This document shows, piece by piece, positions 49,431 through 61,832 of a stretch of 64,000 bases of DNA. Within the stretch, counting starts at the first letter, position 1, and every line of letters starts with the position of its first letter. The translations under genes were made by a program, and so were the position numbers. Below the pieces are notes generated by a model. It was given only the letters and a program-made list of their open reading frames with translations, searched no databases and was not told the origin of the DNA. Source of the stretch: Pocillopora damicornis (taxonomy: Eukaryota); NCBI RefSeq assembly GCF_003704095.1, contig NW_020844984.1, positions 310,001 to 374,000 of the forward strand, given 5' to 3'.

Positions 49431-52400
49431 TTTGTTCATAAGTACATGTAAATCTGCAGAAATAGAAATGTACCAGCATTTTTCTGCCAAAAGATCTATG
49501 CGGGACTTTTTGGCTTTTAGCTTTGTGCCCATTTTGATCTTTGATTGGTCAAAAAACCTTTCCTCATATTTTCAACCCATCAAATGCAAGATCAAAACCA
49601 GTTGTGCCTTGGTTATCCATATTTTCCTCTGCTTCAAATTAAAACCAGTACAGCTCTTAAAAAGCAAAGGGGGTAGTGTTTCTGTTTTCTGCCGCTCTGG
49701 AAGAGTTCTCTTATCATTTTTAACCCTTTTAAAGAAGTAATTTGACTCTATTTGAGGCATTATGACCACAAGTGTCCAAAGTGGATGGATGTCAACATTA
49801 ACAAACTGTTTTTTATTGCTTGACTAAGGAAACTGAGGTTTGATGGAGCATCATGGTCACCCTTAACTGGGCCCCAACCGCCTGTTTGTATTATCATCCA
49901 CCTGTATTGAATGGTCACATAAAGTGGAACCACTCAAGTGGTTACACATAATTATAGCATAAAATGACGTTGTTTTTCAATGCCCCTTGTCTGAAGAAGG
50001 TGTATTAAGCAGTCACCCTGCCATTCCTTATGGGTGACCACTTAATACAGGTTTGACTGCATTTTGTATATTTTGTCTAAATTGAAAATTACCTGAATTT
50101 ATGGTCATTAACAAATTCTTAATTGTTATTTCCAAGTTATTTGCTCTAAACATAAAAAAATTTTGACTTGATATTGAAGTATTGCAGTATTTGGCTACTT
50201 TTTTTGCATTATTGTCATACATATATGAGCTATATTTTTGTGAAATGTGGTGAGGTGTTGCGGTTCCCCTGTCATACTGTCTGTCAAAAGCTAGCAGTGT
50301 AGAAGTTGAAAAGATCTTCAAGGATTTTCAACATAATATTACAAGAACAACAACTCAAGGTCCATTTATGTATGAACCACAAAAAACAAAAAACACAAAT
50401 CATATAAGAAATGCAACAGTGTGTCATTTTGTTTTTTTTTTCTCGTCACATGCACAGGATGGAGTAGAAGTAGTGAAGTCTGGTAAAGAATCATGTGTAA
50501 TTAGTAGTAAAAGACCAAGCAAGAATTCAAACAAATCACTGTTATATGGCAGATTTGTCAAGGTATCTAATATTTGTTTTTGAATATTATTCCTTATTCT
50601 CTGCTTAGGCTTAGTTAAAGCCTTTCACTCCTGGGAGAAACCAATGAGCATGTGTAATTTCTGTCAACCTTGTCAAGACATTGCCTACCAGAAAAGCAAG
50701 GGTTTCAATAACTTTTTCCATAAGTGGCTGCTAAAGGCGTGACAGGTAGCTGTGTCCAGAAAAGTGCTTACAGACTGAACAGATCTACAGTGAGTCTCAC
50801 AGGTGGTAGTATACCACTGATAACCAGCTTTCATTGAAACCCCTGGAAAGGTGGTGAAACTGAAAAATATAAACTACAGGATATTGTTGGCTTTGTTCTT
50901 AATTCTCAGAAATGTATGGCAGATATTTAGGAGAATTTAAATAGAGATCTTGGGATTGAAAGGTTTACCAAATACTTGCGGAAAGAAAGAATAATGCTCC
51001 ATTCTTCAGAAGTTACTGTAGATAACTTCTCAAAACATTCACTTCCCAAAACAAAAAAAAAGCATATATTTACTTGTCAAAACAAAACAGAAGCATATTA
51101 TTTCATCTTGTCATAACACTATAAACAGAGAATCCCTTGATATTTTTCCGAGCAAGACAAAGTCAGGCCAGCAACGTTTCCTCCATAGAGCAGTCAACAT
51201 TTGGAACAATTTAGACAAAGACTTTAAAGACTTTAAATAGTTATCTTTAACATTATTTTAAAAAAAAAAGTTGAAAACGCACATGTTAGAGAATTATTTT
51301 AATTGACCACTTTTTATAATTTTATTAATTTTTTTATTATGTTCTTTGCTGTTTAGTATTGACAAGCCCCCCCCTGGGAATTACTAATAAAGTATATATG
51401 TATGTAACTCTCAAATAACTTATTTTCCATGTGTCAAATATCAGATTGTCACAAAAAGCTATTGCAAATACATTTACTTCCCAGTGGCTTTTCCTACTCA
51501 TGCACATGATCAGAACTATTGTTTTGTTTCAGTTGGCTCTCAATTATTAATTTTGCTTTCTGTCTTTGCAGGCTTCCAGTCAAACTCCAAAAAGAGCACT
51601 CTCTGATTCTGAGGAAGACACAGATGAAGAACGCGATTTCTCAAATTTGTATGTTAACTATATTCCTTGTTCTATTCTATTTATTGTCACTCTACCTTGA
51701 TGTTCCAGCCCAGCAGGAATTTCTCTTTTTCAAAGTCATCTTCATATACGTGAAATGACATTAAATGACACATATTGATAATAGCTGTTTTCTGTTCAAC
51801 CACACAACTGTGAGGGGGTCTCTGCCTTCATGGGCAGAAATTTAGGGTCACTCAAATGTTCTGAATGGGTTGCTTTTCTTGTTTAAGTGAATGACTGACT
51901 TTGCCACCTTACTCACGTGCCTCATAGCATACTTGAATTGAAAACTGTGGGTTGTTCATTTTGAGTCACAAAACACCACTGAGACACTGAAGCACGTGTA
52001 TGTAGGCTTCAAGAACTTGCTGTAAAACGTGTGAAAACACTGCATTGAGGGATAAAATTTTTCATATACTTTTCAAATGCTTTTCCTTTGCCTCTTGCAT
52101 GGCAAATTTCGCTTGCATGTGAAATTTTCAGGTGAAATAAGATTTAAAACCTTGTGAAGACTATGCTGAGATCTTACCATGATTGCAAATGACTGAATAC
52201 TCACAAATATGCGTGAAATTCACCAAAAAGATCTAGGAATATAGCTGACGAAAAACGTGATGAACTGGCTGCATAGTGACCGGCTGTCAGCTACTTTTGA
52301 CAACCCTGCCAATCCCACTTTTTTTTTTCAGTCCTAATGATTAATTATTGTAATTTCTTTTTATACTTTTAGAAGCACCGAGGATAAAGTTTTTCAAGCC

Positions 52401-54085
52401 TGTGGCGGTAGAACAGCTCACAAGTAAGCGAGACTTTCGTAATGAAGCTTGGACTTATTAAAATTGTAATTTACAATGATATGCTTATTGATAGGGCGTT
52501 ACAACTTGAGCCAGTGATACACTTGGCGACTTTTATAACAATTGGCTAAAATCGCCGGGTATGCCCGGTGCAGCGATTGAGATTTACGCCGATCGCCGCG
52601 ATCGGGGCAGAAAATTGCTGATATCTGGCATTTTGGATACGGGTAACTTTAGCTGGTGATGTTATCCGCCTCGATCGTTGAGAAAAATCGCCAAGTATGT
52701 CACTGGCTTTAGGCTCTAATNNNNNNNNNNNNNNNNNNNNNNNNNNNNNNNNNNNNNNNNNNNNNNNNNNNNNNNNNNNNNNNNNNNNNNNNNNNNNNNN
52801 NNNNNNNNNNNNNNNNNNNNCAAGAGAACAAATAGTACGCGAGACTCGAGTAACAAATAAACAAACAAGAGAACGAACAGTGCGCGAGACTCTCGTGTAA
52901 CAAAGAAAGAAAGCAGAGAACAGTACGCGAGACTCGCGTATCAAACAAACNNNNNNNNNNNNNNNNNNNNNNNNNNNNNNNNNNNNNNNNNNNNNNNNNN
53001 NNNNNNNNNNNNNNNNNNNNNNNNNNNNNNNNNNNNNNNNNNNNNNNNNNNNNNNNNNNNNNNNNNNNNNNNNNNNNNNNNNNNNNNNNNNNNNNNNNNN
53101 NNNNNNNNNNNNNNNNNNNNNNNNNNNNNNNNNNNNNNNNNNNNNNNNNNNNNNNNNNNNNNNNNNNNNNNNNNNNNNNNNNNNNNNNNNNNNNNNNNNN
53201 NNNNNNNNNNNNNNNNNNNNNNNNNNNNNNNNNNNNNNNNNNNNNNNNNNNNNNNNNNNNNNNNNNNNNNNNNNNAACAAAGAAAGAAAGCAGAGAACAA
53301 ACAGTACGCGAGACTCGCGTATCAAACAAACAAGAGAACAAACAGTGCGCGCGACTCTCGCGCAACAAACAAAGAAGAGAACAAATAGTACGCGAGACTC
53401 GCGTAACAAACAAACAAGAGAACAAACAGTGCGCGAGACTCGCGTAACAAAGAAAGAAAGCAGTGAACAAACAGTGCGCGAGACTCGCGTAACAAACAAA
53501 CAAACAAACAATCCAGAGAACAAACAGTGTACGAGACTTTGGAAGACAGTTACAAAACTTTAAACAGACTAAAAACCATACAGTGCGCTAGATATTTTCC
53601 TAACAATTAAATAAACTCTCTCAACCGATCTAAAGCCAGTCATCACTTGGTCATTTGCACTCCCTCGGTTGGAGCTATGTACACGAGGTTTTCTTGGTGC
53701 TATTATCAGCTTTTTGTTGTATTTACCCTTGTTGACTGGACGTTTTGTATTTTGCAATATTCATTCGAAATGTTTACTCGTTGTGGGAACATCTACTAAC
53801 CTGTCCCAATCTTGCGTTTGCCTTTTTAGCTGTAAAAGTACAACAGAGGAGAGTTGCGATGCCAATTTTAATTCTAAGGAAAATTGCAAGGAACAGAAAG
53901 TTAGGGAAAAGAAAAACAAGAAGTCGAAGAAAAAAGAAAAAGACCGTAAAAGTGGAAAAATAAAGCGAAAATATACGGAAACAAGAAACGGACAGAATTT
54001 TACGGATGAGCGTGGTACTAATGAAGGCGATACGGACAACAAACAAACAAAAAAGAAAAAGAAGGCAAGAAAAGTGACTACATAG
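46518..54085 (+). CDS. GPATCH4: G-patch domain-containing protein 4
   Basis: Phase-consistent GT-AG exons 46518-46596, 48291-48364, 49153-49245, 50458-50562, 51572-51648, 52373-52423, [exon probably in gap], 53830-54085. They give [72 protein letters not shown] and a Lys-rich tail, matching GPATCH4 motifs as I recall them. YY1-like AAGATGGCG overlaps the ATG. Confidence 0.93.
46857..47843. mobile_element. ~1-kb non-autonomous DNA transposon with AAACCG subterminal repeats in GPATCH4 intron 1
   Basis: Ends GGGGGCGTTGGG / CCTAATGCCCC; dense AAAACCG(AAA) arrays at 46880-46978 and 47640-47828. Confidence 0.6.
47422..47494. mobile_element. Small hairpin MITE nested in the 1-kb element
   Basis: CCTACGTGTAGCCGTACCCTCCCC / GGGGAGGGTACAGCTACATGTAGG. 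Confidence 0.7.
48024..48235. mobile_element. piggyBac-type MITE copy
   Basis: CACTCCCATGAGTGAC..CTCCTTACAATATC..GAGAATTACTAATGAGATCTTGGGAGTGAAAGGG, same family as 35373-35576. Confidence 0.7.
48435..48664. mobile_element. Penelope-like fold-back repeat (GPATCH4 intron 2)
   Basis: Inverted arms around TTAGCCCTT..CTCTGACAAAGGGCTAA. Confidence 0.65.
49261..49432. mobile_element. Penelope-like repeat (GPATCH4 intron 3)
   Basis: GAAGGGCTAAAGCTGGAAATGTCAGCTTTGAAACTC..TATCAACTCAGTTGATAATACCAAATTACCC..GCACCACAGTTTCTTTAGAAACTTACCCC. Confidence 0.65.
51122..51407 (+). mobile_element. 3' terminal fragment of a CR1/L2-group LINE
   Basis: Peptide KSGQQRFLHRAVNIWNNLDKD typical of LINE ORF2 ends; AATAAA followed by a (TGTA)n tail. 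Confidence 0.6.
52509..52708. mobile_element. MITE, probably PIF/Harbinger type
   Basis: AGCCAGTGATACACTTGGCGA / TCGCCAAGTATGTCACTGGCT, flanks TTG/TTA. Confidence 0.7.
52721..52820. other. Assembly gap (100 N)
   Basis: Run of 100 N. Confidence 0.99.
52821..53538. repeat. ~40-45 bp minisatellite with palindromic core ACGCGAG-A-CTCGCGT, interrupted by a 325-N gap (52951-53275)
   Basis: At least 9 visible units of AACAAACAAACAAGAGAACAAACAGT(A/G)CGCGAGACTCGCGT and an AAGAAAGAAAGCAG variant. Confidence 0.92.
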
Positions 54086-54923
54086 TGCAATTATATAGTC
54101 ACGTACAACCATTTATAATTGGTCGGAACCGTACCACGTTACCCACAGCGTACAGTCCGAAATCGGATCAAACTGTTAAAAATCAGACAGAACAGTTCAA
54201 AAGAACACGAAACCTTTTGAAACCAAATGGAACAGCTCCAGAGAGAGTGAAAGCGCGCTAATAGAAACTCCTCCACAATCAAAGAGTACCTCTGAAATTG
54301 AACTGAACAAACTGGAGTCGGATATGGAGAAATGCGGTGTGAGCACAGAGGAGAAAAGGAAAAAGAAAGGGAGAAACAGGTCATAAAAAATGTCAAACAA
54401 AACTTTCACCAATCGATCAATCTCTGTCTTTAATTCCTTGAACCAATTAGATTCAAATAAATAGCTGCTTGAGGCAGTTTATACTTGTCAGAGTTTTCAT
54501 TGGTCATTTTTTTTTTTTTTTTGTCTGATTGATTGATGTGCTTACTTCGATTTTCCTTCAACAACACTCCATCGAAAAGTGTTCTAATTCAGTGCCTAAA
54601 TTTGTTTGGGTGTAAACAGAGAGTCTTGACACATATTTTCCACTGTCGCGAAAGGAATGCTTCTTGATTCGAGGTGGTACGTGCATACGGAGTTCGCGGT
54701 AGTTGTCTGAGATTTCAGTTACAGAGTAGGTCTAGCATGCACCAACATCCTGTCCACAGTGATTTTAGGCACTGCAAAAGTATAAGCCACAATAAGCAAT
54801 GCCGTTGAAGATCGCGGGCTTTGTGTATTCTCGGAGGGGAGCCTGTGTTTAGCCAACTATTGTATATGATTTCAGTGCATGTGACTCCGCCACTGCTGTT
54901 ATCTGTGGGGTGGTCCGTGAGGT

Positions 54924-57900
54924 CTAAAAAAATTCTTGAGCTGTGGGGGGAAGACTGGTGGTCTTTGAGGAGGCGACAAGCCTTGCTCTCGAGGTGAACC
55001 ACCGGAACCAAACTGGAACGTCAGGGAAATTGTTGACGGAGCCGCGCCTGAAAAAGGACACAATAGGTCACTTTGTTTGAACAAGCTTCAGAGATGATCG
55101 CTTTCGAAGGATTAAGCAAACAGTTTGAGTAATTTTCACCCACTTTTACCGATAAAATTGTAAGTGCTGAAATTTTTTCTTTCTGAATTGGGAACGAATT
55201 GTAAAAACCTCTTCATAATAGGGCCGTTGACAACGCAGAAAACAAAAAGAGCTTTAAGTTTCAAGCCGAAGACTATTGTTAGAGAGTAACGATGTTTACT
55301 TCAGTCGGCGAGGCAGTAATACTTGGACATAACTTTTGAGACCTACCGACTGATTCCAACAATTGTCGAACCTATCGCCTATTAATCTGTACTTCGGGTG
55401 CTCAAGTACTGTGCTTAAGCAGAATCGCTGTAGCGGATGCTTATCAAAACACCTTGTCCATATATTAAAGAAGTACAGTACCTGATTCCTGATTTCTGGT
55501 AGGACTTCGAGATGCTTTATTAAGTGATCCGGTCCTCTTTGAGTCACCATTTATAGGCGCCTCCTCTCTCAGTCCCTTTCCTATTTGGACTATGCCTAAG
55601 TTGAAGATTAATTTGTTTGTTTAGTGAGTAAGACAGACACGAAAAGCTATTAACTTGGAGGTAAGCCTAAGGGACGGAACAAATTGTTAATGCCTTTGCA
55701 AGTTTAAACAAATCTACATTAAACTCTTCGTGGCACACAGCGGTCAGGGGTACTGCTGCTGCCCTTGAAAGAGGACTTTTTCCTTCAAAGGTTCTCTCAG
55801 TTCATTATGTTTCCATGTTACTTTGCTTTTATTCATTTTCATTCTTTCTTTCTGACGCATCTCAGCGGGCAGGAATCTTAATTATTCGAATCTGATTGGC
55901 TAATCATGCGCTCATAACCGGTCCAACTTCTAACAATACGGACCACGGACCGGAATTTTTCCACGCCATTCACGGGCAGGAATCTTAATTATTCGAATCT
56001 GATTGGCTAATCATGTGCTCACAACCGGTCCAACTTCTAACAATACGGACCACGGACCGGAATTATTCCACGCCATTCGTGACAAAATGAACAGTTCTCC
56101 TTCAGGGACTTCTTTCCTATCTTACCAGGAGATATAACTGGAGACTGTGACTTCCTGCCATGTTTTCCAGTCACAAAGCCAACATTTTGGAGACAGCTGT
56201 CTTCCCATGGGATTATACCAGTTGCCATGGTGACACTGTTCAACTCGTTTCTTATGCTCTTCGGGCTGTCAGATGGAGCATGCTCAGTAGCGAAAGGAGC
56301 GCCACCTGTCTCGCTGTCACTGCTGCTTGCTACAGGCTGCGGGGGCAAAATAAGTCATAAGTGTTGGTTATCATTACAAACTGAGACAATTACTCAATTT
56401 GTACTTTCTTTTCATCCTGACGTCCATCTATGGGAAGCAGGGTATCTCTCAGTCGCCTCATCTGGTGGCAACTGATCAAAGATAAGCACCAGGTTGCATG
56501 CGCGCATTCTCACATTGCGGGAAAATTAAAGACCACTTATCAAAATAATTGTAACACTTTAACTCCCATGAGTGATCAAGACAGAATTTCTCCTTAAAAT
56601 GAATATCATTCCAATATCAGACAGACAAGTGATGAGAATAAAGAAAAATGTCAACAAATTCTCAGAACTAACATCATAAGAATTGTGACAGACTGAACGG
56701 AGAATTATTAATGAGATCAGGGCGTGAAAGGGTTTAGTCTCATGGACGTGAACTTTGTACTTGAGTCATTACCTTCTCATCCTCCTGATTCTGTAGAGCG
56801 TAAGTCACTAAAGTTCTGGTACACAACAAGATTGAATTGCGTTAGTGTGTTGTAAATATTTACTAATTTACAATAGCAATTAATATTGAAAGCTGAGATT
56901 CCATCGCCATGTTGGTTAACCGGTACCGTCGGTTATATTATAGGCTACGTTCACTCGTAAGACATCAAGTTGAACGCTTGAAGAGAAATGCTATATCTAT
57001 GCACACCCATTTATTATTCTCTATATCATACCCTGAATCGTCGACATTTAAAAGCTTGCTTCTCAGATCATTTATGGTGGATATATCGATTGTGTCCTGC
57101 GGAGTGATGCGCGCTTTCGATCTAAGCTTCACAGGAGGTCTGTCAACAGGTACAGCGACATACACAGGCGACTGGCGGCCGGTCATTAAAGAAGAATTGC
57201 TGCTCGTAAAGCGAGATACGTCTACGAAATTGGAACTGGGTTTCACCGGTAGTGTGTTAAATCTGTCGATCGCGCTTGGGGTCTGATAAAAAGAGAAACA
57301 TAGTCGATACGGAGTGTAGGCTAAGCTCTTAGGAAAGGTAACAATCCTTAACAAACAAAGAGGCACGCCTTACCAAACCGGTAGGATTTCTGTTCATTTG
57401 TCCATTGCCCGTGTATTTCTTCATAACCTTGGATCCCACTAATTGCGTAGGTTGCGCATGCGTCTCCGGCGCAGTCAACTGAGTGGTCGCGGGCTGTCGA
57501 GGAGACTGGTAACCTTTTGAAGTGGAGGTAATAGTTGGGGGCTCGAGCTGTTGAACTGTATAAAAGCAAACAAACAGGTATGATTTTTTTCCATCTATTA
57601 AAATAACGGTACTCAACAGAGGGGGTTTCGTTTTATAATGAGGATATAGCATCCATTAATAAAGTGTACAGAAAAAAAATAAAAAAAAGCAACCTTCACG
57701 TTTCTTAAGTACGCGAGGCGTTTCTTCCTTTGTTTGTTGCCAACTTGTTGCTTCAGTAGCTGCAACAGATAGGGCTTTCTTTTTCGCGGAGTTCTTTTGG
57801 CTGAGTTTTTTCGTTTTTCTTTCTTCCAGTGAAATCTGAGACCAGGACTTTCTCACTTCTTGTTCTTTCACGAGTTTCGGTTCGTACAAACGCGCCTTAA

Positions 57901-60898
57901 AAATAATACAACAGCAGACAAATTAACGAGTCTTCCATTTCCTTCGATAAAAATCTTAGCTCTTTTTCAGAAACCGATACAATCACGCATTGCTGTAAAC
58001 GCTCCATTTAAGTTTGCTATGCATATCTTCGACCGAAAGCGGGTTGGCTAGACGTGAAGGAGGCAAAGAGGTACGTACGAGATAAAATGTGCTGTTTGCC
58101 TTAAAAGAATTGGCACTTGTGAACAACAAGGTTCATTCCCTGAATAACCAAATTTCCAACTTTTGACAAAAAATTCAAGTTAAACCGTCCTGATACTACA
58201 CAGCCTCGCATTATTATTCCCTAACCATAGGAATATACTTCTACAAATTTCCCTGCACTGTTATCTTTGAACAGAGGGCTTTTTAAACTGGAATTTAAGG
58301 TTGTTGTTCGGGAATAAAAAAGTTAAGTTAAGAAGCTACTAGGAGGCATTAGCTGTTCTAAATCTCTTCCGATGATAGAGAGTTGCCATGTTCAGCGATC
58401 TGTACCTTAGTACTTGACAAACAGTCCCCTTTAGGTTGCCATGGAAAATACGGATATGGTTGCACAGGAGTTCTGGGTCTGAGTAGAGGCGTTGGCTGGA
58501 CCACAGGCTCTTGTCTTTCATTCCCGGCCGTCTTGTAGCGGCTGTTGTACATGGTAATTTTTCGCGCCAGTTCAAGAGCTGAGCTAATTCTCTTTTCATT
58601 TCGACTTTTTGGTGCTACATACGCACAATCTACAGAAAGAGCGATAGTTGTACAGTAAATGATACGAAACAACGGAGCACTGATGGGTAATGACCTAGTA
58701 AAACATCTTACCATGAATTATCATAAATTAATGACCTCGTCAAACATCGCATAAATTATCATAAATTACTGACCTTGTAAGACATAAACTACTATGAATT
58801 TCAATCATATCATTGCCATTAACATAATTTATCATTAACATTAAATCGACGAAACTCATGTCATTTTTTTACATACCAGTGCCTTTTTCCAACTGTTTGG
58901 CCAAATAAGACACCGTGAAGTGTCCCTCCTCCTCGCTTATTTCAAATCCTTGAGGCTGCGCGGGACTGGTGACAGACCAGCGACTCAAACTAGCAGAATA
59001 AGCGTAAAATTTGGATCAAATGACATAAAGCCTGAAGGAATTGATCACGTATCCTGTTTCGTAATTGGGGTCTTTCTATTACAGAAAAAAAAATAACATG
59101 GGCATCAAGGTGGGAGGGAATACCCCCTCATGGTCATTCGCGCTTTAAATTGGAAATTGGTCACCAGTCGCTCACCCAAGTGTTCGCAAATTGTCTGTGG
59201 TCTTCCGCGCCGCATCCCTGTATGTCTGTGATCAGGGAACGTGAGCACTAATGATTTTGGATCACGGAGAGAATGCAACTGCTTGGGAAACCTTTCTATA
59301 TCTTAATCTGTTGGATAGCAAATGTTCCAGAATCAACAACTGAGTGCTTCAGATGAATAACCTGCAACAGCTGTGGGGTAAAAGAACACTCGACATGTTG
59401 CTAGTTTCGCGCGCTCTAAAACGTCCTTGCCCGACCTCTCAGTTATGGAGGCCTAAGACAAAACGTGTCCGTGCGGGAAGCAATTTTTTCAAGGTTAACT
59501 CAGTCGAGCAGGTAAAATTTTCCTGCACAAGGTCACCTTGGCTTCTCTTCTACATTTTAAACAAATTCCTCAAAGTCTACTGAATAAGTAAAGAACAAGT
59601 TCCCAAGCGTTATTAACTCCACAGATTTATAACTCACTTGCCAGTCCTTTCTGGGGTCTCTTTCAGATAAGTAGAACCGTCAGTGTAACGAAAATGGGGA
59701 ACCTCTGATAAAAAAAAATAATAAACAAAAAGCAGCGAGAATTAAATAAGGATACAGTGTAGTGTACAAACGCTACTTTTGATTTTTGTCATAATCATAA
59801 AAATAATTTTGTTAGAGTGTTAGTAAACTTTGGCATACGAACATCAAAGAGGCAACAACTAATCAAACAGTAGACGAAGATGAAATATGAGGTGGAAGAT
59901 ATATGACAAATTTAAGAATATCGTTCTTGGCTTTTCACGATATGTACTTAAGTTCAATTTATCCTATGTTTAATTTTCTTTTCTGGGGTTGTATTGTAGT
60001 GACTGAGACAAGCATTAAAGAATTAAACTGTAGGAATTACATTTACAATTATAGGAAAAGTTTCTGGGAATTGAGGAGGTAGAGGAATTTACGCAAAATT
60101 GAGGTTAGCTCAAGAACACAGCACAATGATTTCCTAAGAGATCGAAACGGGAACGCCTGGTTAGCGCACAAAACTGAACACTGCATCATAAGAGAGGTTA
60201 GTCACCTTTTGACTCAGTTACTAACACGCCACTCATCATATAAGCATTAGTGACAGCTTCCAGGTAATCCTGCTGTGGGAAAACCACACTTCATCTTTAA
60301 AGAAGGCACACGAATTTTAAAAACAAGAGTTCAACTGTTAATAAATACTTTTATTATAAAAACTGCGTTGTATTTCCAGGATTTCCAGCCCTAAGAAAAG
60401 CCGTCACCGCACACGTGAAAATTTACGATAATTTTTTTACGGGTCTTTGATTTTGCCAATCACGTCACTCTGTCCTGTTGATTAATGAAAGGCAAAGCGT
60501 TCACCATTCTCAATCCAAGTCGTTTGTAGAATTATCTCGTCAGTAAATGCCTAATACAAGGTTGCCTTTAGGTATGGAATTTCTCTTCTCGTGTTCAGAT
60601 GTCGAGTTGAACACTCGAAAGAGAAATTCCATATGTACGCACACCCAAGTAACATTCTCTATTTATTAATAATTATACGATTTTTCACAAACGTTACTGC
60701 CCTAGTTCCCGGCCTTCGCTCATCCCTCTTATTCTTTTTTTCTCTTTCTGTCATTACTTTAGTACTTACCCTGCACGCAGAACCATCCAACTTCAGTGAG
60801 CCCATCGGTGTACACGGTCTGCTGTTGCTTTTGTGCTCATGCTTCCGTGGCTGTGGATTGTCTAACTTCATCCGCGCGGAACTGGGAAGAGCAGACCG
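54924..60898 (-). CDS. Multi-exon low-complexity C-terminal extension, probably of the AGBL2/3-like gene
   Basis: Phase-consistent GT-AG chain: 60898-60770, 60550-60505, 59704-59638, 58989-58877, 58629-58406, 57895-57694, 57555-57374, 57282-57032, (56790-56773), 56471-56405, 56336-56126, 55595-55482, 55408-55372, 55047-54924 (..PPTAQEFF*). No homology recognised, so individual small exons are uncertain. Confidence 0.6.
55866..56078. repeat. Near-perfect tandem duplication, 107-bp period, 2 copies
   Basis: CGGGCAGGAATCTTAATTATTCGAATCTGATTGGCTAATCATG..GGACCACGGACCGGAATT..CCACGCCATTC at 55866 and 55973. Confidence 0.92.
56551..56736. mobile_element. piggyBac-type MITE copy
   Basis: CTTTAACTCCCATGAGTGATCAAGACAGAATTTCTCCTT..GACAAGTGATGAGAATAAAGAAAAAT..GTGAAAGGG. 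Confidence 0.7.
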
Positions 60899-61832
60899 CT
60901 GGACAAAATTTAACAAAGTGTTTAATTACAATTTTTAGTTTTCCACATGCTCCGTGCGATATTGGAAGGAAAATGGTTTAATCTGACCGATAATGAGCGT
61001 GTCTGAATTGAGGTCTTCTCAGCGTGTTTGACATCTTAAGACATTTTAAGTGTGTTTTGACGTTTTCACTCTTAACAAATAGAGCTCCAATCTCAGACAA
61101 ATTGCTAAGCTATGGAAACTTTTCAAACATACCGAGGAAGGTTTTACGATTACCAGGTGGGTAGACAAAATAATGGAGATAAAACTTCATGAAACAGAAG
61201 CTGGCATGAAGTTCAATCATCCATTCCATTAGACCCTTAAAAGAGTTTAAAACCTGACACATCTACAGAAGTGTGATTTCTACCAACAAGACTGCACGAG
61301 TTGCAAATTTTCGAAAATAATAAGCAATTTATTCCCAACAACTCACTTTTGGGTGATGTTTCTGGTACATTAACTTTACTTCTGTCGCTCGCTCTTGGTC
61401 TTGCTAAAATGGCAGAAAATAAAAATGACGTTAATACTCTAAAAGTACAGAGAGTTGCATCAATATAAAGAAATTTTCAAATGAGCGTCGAAAGTCATCC
61501 GGGATTGCTTTGGTGTTGCATAAATTCCCTTTATGATTGGTCCAAAACACCAGCGCCACCCTCTCAACCAATCAGATTCAAAACTGAGGGCAATCACGAC
61601 TTGGTCACCCGCGTTTTCCCGCGCTTTGGGCAATTTGCTTGTTTTTACTTGAGCCGGTTCTCATCGGCTCCTTGTGGCATTGTCCTTTGCTATGATTGGC
61701 TGTTTTGAATACTTCGGTTTTGTTGTGGAGCACCCTATCAAAATGTGCTCCAACTGAGCATTCTATACCCTATGATATCAGAGGATACAAACGTAAAAGG
61801 AAACAAGTCAGTCGTAATGTCATGTCACTCAC

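Noticed and set aside
52821-53538. CRISPR-like array of palindromic repeats
   Set aside because: The 'spacers' are themselves repeated low-complexity linkers, the context is a eukaryotic intron, and there are no cas genes.
52546-53563. Long ORFs across the minisatellite and gaps
   Set aside because: Artefacts of repeats and N runs.
57975-58048. Possible extra AGBL2-tail exon after a good acceptor
   Set aside because: I found no donor giving a phase compatible with both flanking exons.
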